From: a virus
Direction: 5' to 3' (one strand)
Virus record (IMG/VR): IMGVR_UViG_3300022848_000011
Coordinates: 1 to 64,000 of that record
DNA: 64,000 nt
Of the stretch, positions 57,306 to 64,000 are shown piece by piece. The first letter of the stretch is position 1; each line of letters starts with the position of its first letter. Below the pieces are notes generated by a model. The model saw nothing but the letters and a program-made list of their open reading frames with translations. It did no database searches and was not told the origin of the DNA. The translations under genes were made by a program, and so were the position numbers.

Positions 57306-59861
57306 ATGGCTTGGTGGGATATTTATAAAACATGGAACTACAACCTTAGTAGAGATCCATTAAATCAACAATCAATAGAAGATCGTGCAATTGGAGGAGG
57401 ATTAACCTCTCCCGGTGGTGTTCCTGATATTCGTGACCAAAATGTTGGAGGTATGACCGATACAAACTTCCGACAATCTAATGATTTTATCGACCTTCAA
57501 ACTGTAGAAGATAGATTATCTAGATATAAAGAATACGAAAGATTATTATCAGTTCCAGAAGTCGAAATGGCATTAACTGTCATTGCTGATGAAGCCTGTA
57601 TTGCAGGCAACACTATGATATCAACACTGTTTGATGGATATAGAACCATAAGTTGGTTGGAAAAACGATGGCAACAAGATCAAAAACCGTTTTTAACCTA
57701 TTGTTGGGACTTTGAAAAAGAAGACTATACTCTTGACTGGGCCTATAATCCAAGAAAAGTTAAAACAGAAGAAACTGTATGGGTTGCTCTTGATGATGGA
57801 AATCATTTTGTCACCACGCTTGACCATAGAATATTACTTAGTAATCAAGAATGGAGACATGCAGGTGATCTAAGAGAAAAAGATGAACTTATCCCTTTTT
57901 ACAAAATGCCACCACATCCTGAATTAAATAACATTAAACACAATCAATTTTCTAGAATACGTACAAATAAATATGGTTGGGTCAACGAAAGACAATTTGT
58001 TGATATATGGAAAGGTCAAGAACCAGATCAAAAAACATTAGAAACTCTTAGATATGGTAACTATATCGCAAATGGATTCACTCGTGAACAAATCGCTCAC
58101 ATGTTCGAAAGAGATACAAGAAGCCATAATGAATGGGTTAAGGATATAGGATTTACACATAAAGAACTTAGATGGTTGGGGAAAAAAGAAAAAACCCGAA
58201 AAGTTATTGGCGTTTTTCCTCACAAAGTATTAGACGTATATGATCTATCAGTGAAAACACACCAAAACTTCTGTACTGATGCAGTCGTTATGCACAATTG
58301 TCAAGAAGACGATGATGGTAATTTATTCAAAATATTATCAAAAAATGAGGAAGTGGTCAAGGAATTAGAAACGATTTGCTTTGGGAAAAGATATCTCAAC
58401 CTGAATAGAAACCTAAGAGGGAAGATTAAACGACTTTGCCTAAAAGGCGATCTGTTTGTTGAATTACTTTCTGCCCCAGAAATGCCGAAAAAAGGTGTTC
58501 TGAAACTAGCAGAATTACCACCAGAAGAAATGTTTAAAATTGTTACAAATAAAGATCGAGTTGTTGAATACCAACAATCAGGTAATGGACCCGATATTGA
58601 TGTTTTGATGAAATCGACAGATGATGATATCGAATTACAAAAGAGTACTGCTATTAGATTTCATCCAAAACAAATCATTCACTTCAAACTAGGTGACGAA
58701 AAATCATTCTTCTATCCATACGGTAAATCAATAGTAGAACCAGCTAGAAGTCCTGCTCATCAATTAAGACTCATGGAAGATGCTGTAATGGTATATCGAT
58801 TGGCTAGAAGCCCAGAAAGAAGAGTTTTTTATATTGATGTTCAACAATTACCTCCATTCAAAGCAGAAGCATTTGTTAGTAGATTTAAAGATCAATTCAA
58901 GAAAAAGAAAGTTGCTTTAGATAAAGGAAAAGGAGGAGCTTCTGCTGTCGAAGAAAGATGGCATCCACCTGCTATTGATGAAGATATTTGGTTGCCAATT
59001 CGACCAGGATCAAATACTAGAATTGAAACATTACCTGGGGCTACGAATTTAGGTGAAATTGGAGACTTAGAATATTTCCAATCTAAATTATTTACAGCAT
59101 TAAATTTTCCAAAAGATTATTTTAATACTGATGATATCTCCAAAACGAGAATTACCCTTTCTTCACAAGATGCTAGATTTGCAAGGATGATAGAAAGAAT
59201 ACAAGGAGATGTTGCTGATGGCATCCATCAATTATGCGAAACACATTTAGAAATGCGTGGATTTCCATATGAAATGTACAGAGATATTAAAATAAAAATG
59301 ACTCGTCCATCTCCTTATAAAGAAATAAGCGAAATGGAGGTAATTAATCATAGATTAAATATTATAGCTCAATTAAAAGGTATGATGATTATGAGTGATT
59401 ATGATCTATTAACAAGATATTGGAATGCTACAGAAACAGATGCTGAAGATATAATTGCTAGAGCTAAAGCTCAAAAAATGGAAGATATGAAATTTCAAAT
59501 ATTAGGGCAAAATCCAGCATTATTAGGAATGGGAATACCAGGACAAGAAGGTGATGAAAACGAAATGGGAACAGGTGCTGATGGGCCAAATCCAATGTTA
59601 GGACCTACACCTGATAAACAACCAGATGGTAACCAAGAAAATAAAGAATCTCCAGATGAACAAAATATTAATCCCGATAATCCCGAAAAAGATAATTTAA
59701 ATAATCAAGATACAGACTCTCAACCTAATATGGATTCAAAAGTCGAACCTTTACCAATACCATCTGATGAAGATCTTGAAAAATATAATCTAGAATTACA
59801 AGATTATGACAGATATCAAGATGCTGAAGATATTGATTTTGGTACCGAAGAAGGATTGTAA
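57306..59861 (+). CDS. Portal protein (T4 gp20-like) containing an intein
   Basis: PEVEMALTVIADEA, QLRLMEDAVMVYRLARSPERRVFYIDV, EDIWLP and IETLPGATNLGEIGD. Confidence 0.95.
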   Translation: MAWWDIYKTWNYNLSRDPLNQQSIEDRAIGGGLTSPGGVPDIRDQNVGGMTDTNFRQSNDFIDLQTVEDRLSRYKEYERLLSVPEVEMALTVIADEACIAGNTMISTLFDGYRTISWLEKRWQQDQKPFLTYCWDFEKEDYTLDWAYNPRKVKTEETVWVALDDGNHFVTTLDHRILLSNQEWRHAGDLREKDELIPFYKMPPHPELNNIKHNQFSRIRTNKYGWVNERQFVDIWKGQEPDQKTLETLRYGNYIANGFTREQIAHMFERDTRSHNEWVKDIGFTHKELRWLGKKEKTRKVIGVFPHKVLDVYDLSVKTHQNFCTDAVVMHNCQEDDDGNLFKILSKNEEVVKELETICFGKRYLNLNRNLRGKIKRLCLKGDLFVELLSAPEMPKKGVLKLAELPPEEMFKIVTNKDRVVEYQQSGNGPDIDVLMKSTDDDIELQKSTAIRFHPKQIIHFKLGDEKSFFYPYGKSIVEPARSPAHQLRLMEDAVMVYRLARSPERRVFYIDVQQLPPFKAEAFVSRFKDQFKKKKVALDKGKGGASAVEERWHPPAIDEDIWLPIRPGSNTRIETLPGATNLGEIGDLEYFQSKLFTALNFPKDYFNTDDISKTRITLSSQDARFARMIERIQGDVADGIHQLCETHLEMRGFPYEMYRDIKIKMTRPSPYKEISEMEVINHRLNIIAQLKGMMIMSDYDLLTRYWNATETDAEDIIARAKAQKMEDMKFQILGQNPALLGMGIPGQEGDENEMGTGADGPNPMLGPTPDKQPDGNQENKESPDEQNINPDNPEKDNLNNQDTDSQPNMDSKVEPLPIPSDEDLEKYNLELQDYDRYQDAEDIDFGTEEGL
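57597..58298 (+). mobile_element. Intein (234 aa) in the portal protein
   Basis: Block A CIAGNTMI, block B TTLDHRIL, block F VYDLSV, block G VVMHN followed by Cys+1. No LAGLIDADG motifs. Confidence 0.93.
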
Positions 59862-59887
59862 ATAATAATCTTCTAGAAAATTTAGTG

Positions 59888-59919
59888 AAAAGAGCAGTAA
59901 AATAGACTGCTCTTTTTTT
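59888..59919. terminator. Bidirectional Rho-independent terminator
   Basis: AAAAGAGCAGT-aaaatag-ACTGCTCTTTT between convergent genes. Confidence 0.85.
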
Positions 59920-59923
59920 GTAA

Positions 59924-60181
59924 TTATTGCATAGAAGGATCTGATTCAACATCATTTGGATTCTGTAAAACTCTTTCTTCTTGATCCGTGGTTTCTTCGT
60001 CTTCTTCCGAAGAATTTTCTAATGCGTCTTTAATTTCATCATCTTTATCAGCAAGTGTTTGTAATAATTGCATCAATTCTGTTTTGTATTTTTCCTTGCA
60101 TATATCTAAAGCTTTATCCATATTACCTTGGAAAAACTGCTCGTTTTCATATAATTTAACCCAATTTGTAAATTCTAACAT
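59924..60181 (-). CDS. Small acidic hypothetical protein
   Basis: AAGGA RBS. N-terminus MLEFTNWVKLYENE. Confidence 0.6.
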   Translation of the reverse strand: MLEFTNWVKLYENEQFFQGNMDKALDICKEKYKTELMQLLQTLADKDDEIKDALENSSEEDEETTDQEERVLQNPNDVESDPSMQ

Positions 60182-60360
60182 ATTATTTCCTTTTATGTGA
60201 TTTTTAATAAATGAATGTATTTTATATATTAAAAAATAATATTTTTAAAATCTAGATGATATATAATATTAATTGTGGATTATTACTATTCCACTTAAAC
60301 TTAGGTTTACCTATATTAAAAATAAAATAACACAAATTTGTAGTCAGGAGTTAAAAAGTC

Positions 60361-62211
60361 ATGCCAATAAAAAGAAGACTAATTGATTATAATGTGTTCG
60401 AAAATATTGAAAGAAATAGTCTTTCAAACTACAGAACCGAATTAGAAGCTGCTGCCCCAGTTGTTGCAAAAGCACTTGGATCAGCACAAGCTGAATTAAA
60501 GAGCTATGGAAATGAAACAGCATTATATGAAACCATTGAAGGTAATCATATTTATGCAACTTTCAATATTCAAGACGGTTATGTAAATTTCGAAAACATT
60601 GAAGAGTTGGTTTTGAATGAAGAAAGTGAAATTCAAAGTCGTAAAGAGATTGTCAAAGATCTTCTAGAAGCCTTATTGGCTAACAAACCAGAAGTTGCCG
60701 ATCAAAAATTCAACGAATTCAATCATTTGCCAATTAGTAAAAGAACACTTGAAGAAGTTCGTAAACAGAGAGTTGTTCCTATTAGAAAAACAGTCAATGG
60801 CAAAACCAAAACTGTTGGTTATAAGAAAGCTAAGTGGGAAGTAAACCCTAAACACAAAGAATCTTCTGCTCTTACCAACAAGAGAATGAAAAGCAAGAAG
60901 AAAAATAATAAAAAATTGACCGATGGTCAAAAGAAAATGCGGTCTTTGAAAAGAAAAGCTGCTGGGCATGGTATTAACGAATGGGTCAAGTTAATTGGAA
61001 ATTTGAACAGCTACGTTGAATTTAGACTTATGACTCCAACCTTGAAAGAAACAAATGTCAAACACGACGTTAAAGGTAATGTTGTAGGTTTAAGAATACC
61101 TACCAGACAAATCGTTAACGAAGCAAAATTACTTCAATTTGATTGGGATACAATTAATACTGATTGCATTATCCTAAGAAAAAAAGCTAAGAAGTTGTCG
61201 GAAAATACCGAATTCTGTAATGCAGTTGCCAACCTCAAGAAACAAAATGCTCTATCCAATAATGAAGAATTGATGGAATCTTTGGAAGCTATTGTTGTTC
61301 AATTCCCACAAGTAATCTATCTGACTGAATCAGAATTATCCGTAGTTATTAAAGAAAGTTTAGAGTTCGTTCAAGCTTCTAATTATGATGATAACTCTTG
61401 TGATTTTATGGCAGAAGGTATCTTGCGTACTGCGTATGACACTTATACTGATAAAGTAAATGATATTTTAAAATTATCTGGAAGTCGCTTGTCGGAAGAA
61501 GCAGAAGATCCTTATTTAGATTTCTCGAAAACAGTTGCTGATTTTTATTCACACCTAGAAGAAGCATCCGAATTAGAAAAACAAGCTTTTGTTGATATCT
61601 ACGAAGCACTTCGTGAAGTTTATCAAATGGCTTATGAAGATGAAAATGAAGTTGTTCAATATGAAACAGCTACTCACTTAGATTTATTACTTCCAATTAT
61701 CAGAAATGAATCAGTCGCTGATCTAGATGTAATGGAAGCTGCATCCGATTGGTTGAAAGAGTTGTTAGAAACTAACTTGGAAACCCAAGCTTGGAATGTT
61801 TCTAATAAACCTCACATGACTCTTAATGGAGATCACCCAGAATTAGCTAATAAAGCTAGAAAGTCATACTCGCCAGCTTCTGATTTCTCAGGAGATTGGG
61901 GTGATAATGCACCAGCTAGTGATGGAAGCAGCTACAGAGGAAGTGAAGCAGATGAAATGAGATCTGGTTCATGGGGTAACTTGGGTGGAGATACTTATCC
62001 AGAATTAAGTAATCCATACGTTCCAAAACCTTTTGGTGATTATAAGATGAAAGGTGAAAAGTCTGTGGAAGACGATAATGATACCCTAGCTTATAAAGGT
62101 GGAAATGATACATGGCCTAGCTTGAAAAATACAGTATCTCCAAATGCAGAAACTCCACAAAGCTATAAAATGAATCATGGAAAAGAAGACGATTTAGTAG
62201 TTGACCAATAA
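60361..62211 (+). CDS. Putative prohead core protein
   Basis: Between portal and protease. Glu-rich with a basic insert and many (L/I)xE sites. AGGAG RBS. Confidence 0.6.
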   Translation: MPIKRRLIDYNVFENIERNSLSNYRTELEAAAPVVAKALGSAQAELKSYGNETALYETIEGNHIYATFNIQDGYVNFENIEELVLNEESEIQSRKEIVKDLLEALLANKPEVADQKFNEFNHLPISKRTLEEVRKQRVVPIRKTVNGKTKTVGYKKAKWEVNPKHKESSALTNKRMKSKKKNNKKLTDGQKKMRSLKRKAAGHGINEWVKLIGNLNSYVEFRLMTPTLKETNVKHDVKGNVVGLRIPTRQIVNEAKLLQFDWDTINTDCIILRKKAKKLSENTEFCNAVANLKKQNALSNNEELMESLEAIVVQFPQVIYLTESELSVVIKESLEFVQASNYDDNSCDFMAEGILRTAYDTYTDKVNDILKLSGSRLSEEAEDPYLDFSKTVADFYSHLEEASELEKQAFVDIYEALREVYQMAYEDENEVVQYETATHLDLLLPIIRNESVADLDVMEAASDWLKELLETNLETQAWNVSNKPHMTLNGDHPELANKARKSYSPASDFSGDWGDNAPASDGSSYRGSEADEMRSGSWGNLGGDTYPELSNPYVPKPFGDYKMKGEKSVEDDNDTLAYKGGNDTWPSLKNTVSPNAETPQSYKMNHGKEDDLVVDQ

Positions 62212-62225
62212 TAAAGGAAGGTATT

Positions 62226-62975
62226 ATGAAAATATTATTAGAACATAGTTCCATCCCTGGTACTACTTACGAAGAAAGCTTGATTTGTGGAAGTGGAGGT
62301 TTCGTTTTTAATGAAATGGATTTCCACGAATCTTCTAATTCGGGAGTTTGTAAATTCCGTGGTAAGTTCCAAGAAGCTGGAGCCGTAAATAAAAATAAAA
62401 GAATCTATCCATACGAAGTCTTAGAATCAAATGTTAAAGGTTTGAACGAAGCTATTGCAAGTGGAGGATTATGTGGTGAATTAGATCACCCAACCGATAG
62501 TATAATTCACTTTGCTAACGCTTCCCATAAAGTTACCAAACTATGGTGGGAAGGAAAAGTTTTAATGGGTGAAGGAATTATATTAAATACACCTGCCGGT
62601 AAAATACTCAAGGCACTTATTAATGATGATGTAAGAATCGGAATTAGTAGCCGAGGAGTAGGAAACGGAAGAGTTAACGAACAAGGAATATTAGTTATTG
62701 GAGAAAGTTATAAATTAATAACTTTTGATGCAGTAGCTGACCCTTCGACGAATAAAGCATTCCAAAAAAGAATAAACGCTAACGAAAATATACTACCACA
62801 ACAAATAATAACTAATAATTTTCAAGATAATTTTAATAAAAATGATAATACTTGTATAAATAATAGACAACAAGAATCCAACGTAGCCAGCGGGGTTACA
62901 AAAGAATTGTTGTTAGCTGCAATCGGCGGCATCCTTAAAAAGGATCTTAACGAAACTAGGTCGAGGTTAAGTTAA
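62226..62975 (+). CDS. Prohead protease (T4 gp21-like)
   Basis: NKNKRIYP, GELDHP, GISSRGVG and TFDAVADPS. Confidence 0.95.
   Translation: MKILLEHSSIPGTTYEESLICGSGGFVFNEMDFHESSNSGVCKFRGKFQEAGAVNKNKRIYPYEVLESNVKGLNEAIASGGLCGELDHPTDSIIHFANASHKVTKLWWEGKVLMGEGIILNTPAGKILKALINDDVRIGISSRGVGNGRVNEQGILVIGESYKLITFDAVADPSTNKAFQKRINANENILPQQIITNNFQDNFNKNDNTCINNRQQESNVASGVTKELLLAAIGGILKKDLNETRSRLS
62855..62862 (+). promoter_or_regulatory. T4-type late promoter-like TATAAATA upstream of scaffold/capsid genes
   Basis: Exact consensus about 115 nt before the scaffold gene. Confidence 0.4.
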
Positions 62976-62976
62976 C

Positions 62977-63903
62977 ATGGAAAAATTAATAGAAGCTCTC
63001 ACTAAACTTCTGCCAGAAGATCAACTGCAACAAATCGATGAGATTAAAGCAGCCGTCGAGCAGGAGTTATCTTCTTATAAAGAAGAACTTGAGAAAGAAT
63101 ACAACGCAAAACTTGATGAAGCTTACGAGCAATTGCAATCTGAAATTAAAGAAACAGAAGATACTGCTACTAAAGGTTATCAAGAAGCCCACACAATTAT
63201 TGAAGACCTTCGTAGAAGACTTCAAACACAACAAAATGAATTTGAAGCTACTATGCATGAAGAATATGAAGAAGCTTACAAAGTTATTGAAGAAGAAAGA
63301 AAGAAGAATGAAACCATTGAAGAAGACTTGTATTCAAGATTCGAAAATGATCTCACCGAAATGAAGAGTTATATGGTTGAAAAAATCACTGACTATCTAG
63401 AATTCAAAAATATTGACATCTACGAAAATGCTCGAAGAGATATTTTGAATGATCCAAGATTGGTCGAACATAAAGTTGTTCTTGATAGAATTACTAATGA
63501 ATTGTCCGATTATATTGACCATGATCAATTTGCTATTATCAATTCAAATAAGATTGAAGAAGCTACTAAAGAAAACGAAACACTTCGCTCAACCTTAAGA
63601 AGATTAGAAGCAAAGAATATTAACCTTGATACAAGAAACAAGAAACTCGATGAAGCTGTTCGTGGTCTTCAAAGTGTTATCAATGAAAGCAAAGTGAATG
63701 AAGAGAAAGAAAGAGAAGTATTGGCAGAGAATGTGTCGGGGAGAGGTAATACCGTTTCTAAAGATCGTTTAGAAATCGTCAAGGAATCAGTTAGTCCTAC
63801 AGTCGAAACTGTAGAAGGAACCGATTCTACATTGTCAGAAGCATTCAATCAAGCTGACTTAGAGCAGATGAGAAGAATTGCCGGTGTGACAAACAAAAAC
63901 TAA
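62977..63903 (+). CDS. Prohead scaffolding protein (T4 gp22-like)
   Basis: Glu-rich coiled coil between protease and capsid genes. Ends in MRRIAGV. Confidence 0.8.
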   Translation: MEKLIEALTKLLPEDQLQQIDEIKAAVEQELSSYKEELEKEYNAKLDEAYEQLQSEIKETEDTATKGYQEAHTIIEDLRRRLQTQQNEFEATMHEEYEEAYKVIEEERKKNETIEEDLYSRFENDLTEMKSYMVEKITDYLEFKNIDIYENARRDILNDPRLVEHKVVLDRITNELSDYIDHDQFAIINSNKIEEATKENETLRSTLRRLEAKNINLDTRNKKLDEAVRGLQSVINESKVNEEKEREVLAENVSGRGNTVSKDRLEIVKESVSPTVETVEGTDSTLSEAFNQADLEQMRRIAGVTNKN

Positions 63904-63925
63904 TAATTTTTTCTAGAGGAAAATA

Positions 63926-64000
63926 ATGTCTAATTTTAACGCAGAATTTTTTAATGAAGCTACTAAGCTTGAAAGCAGTTGGAAACAGACTGGTCTTTTA
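63926..64000 (+). CDS. Major capsid protein, 5' end (truncated by window)
   Basis: GAGGA RBS. Manual translation MSNFNAEFFNEATKLESSWKQTGLL; WxxTGLL and the position fit a gp23-like N-terminus. Confidence 0.75.
   Translation, partial: MSNFNAEFFNEATKLESSWKQTGLL

Noticed and set aside
60182-60360. AT-rich intergenic region as an origin or ncRNA
   Set aside because: It has only short hairpins (GTGGA/TCCAC, TAGGT/ACCTA) and no iterons. A divergent promoter region explains it adequately.
595-63364. Many antisense or alternate-frame ORFs in the track (e.g. 595-1050, 11087-11617, 26230-26769, 31893-32447, 39014-39322, 39075-39377, 63038-63364)
   Set aside because: They are shadows of well-supported genes or of stop-free repeats, with no independent motifs.
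1-64000. Alternative genetic code (stop-codon reassignment)
   Set aside because: Long conserved genes are uninterrupted in the standard code, and TAA, TAG and TGA all appear as real stops.
1-64000. tRNA or rRNA genes
   Set aside because: No cloverleaf or T-loop signatures were seen in the short intergenic gaps.

Overview
AT-rich, densely coding segment of a large T4-like (jumbo-type) myophage genome read in the standard code. From left to right it contains: (1) a decayed IS607 element with an intact tnpB and a tnpA fragment fused to an rmlD-like gene; (2) putative head-internal cargo genes, including a nuclease-like protein and an active-site-altered CCA-adding-enzyme homologue; (3) a gp2-like DNA end protector, tape measure protein and baseplate module (tube initiator, gp53, hub, gp5, gp25, gp6, gp7-like); (4) three paralogous PKD/repeat fibre-like proteins interspersed with glycosyltransferase-like genes; (5) an actin-like ATPase, primase and Cas4/RecB-like nuclease; (6) proteases of four different families plus a lipoprotein, with WYL-like and ferritin-like genes; (7) a head module of terminase, intein-containing portal, core protein, gp21 protease, scaffold and the start of the major capsid gene. 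The most notable observations are an intact, nuclease-less terminase ATPase paralogue with a Walker B D-to-N change directly upstream of the full terminase, two unrelated membrane-anchored proteases that share a C-terminal motif, and T4-type capsid-targeting-like leaders on several enzyme-like proteins. All calls come from motif recognition by eye. No searches were run.
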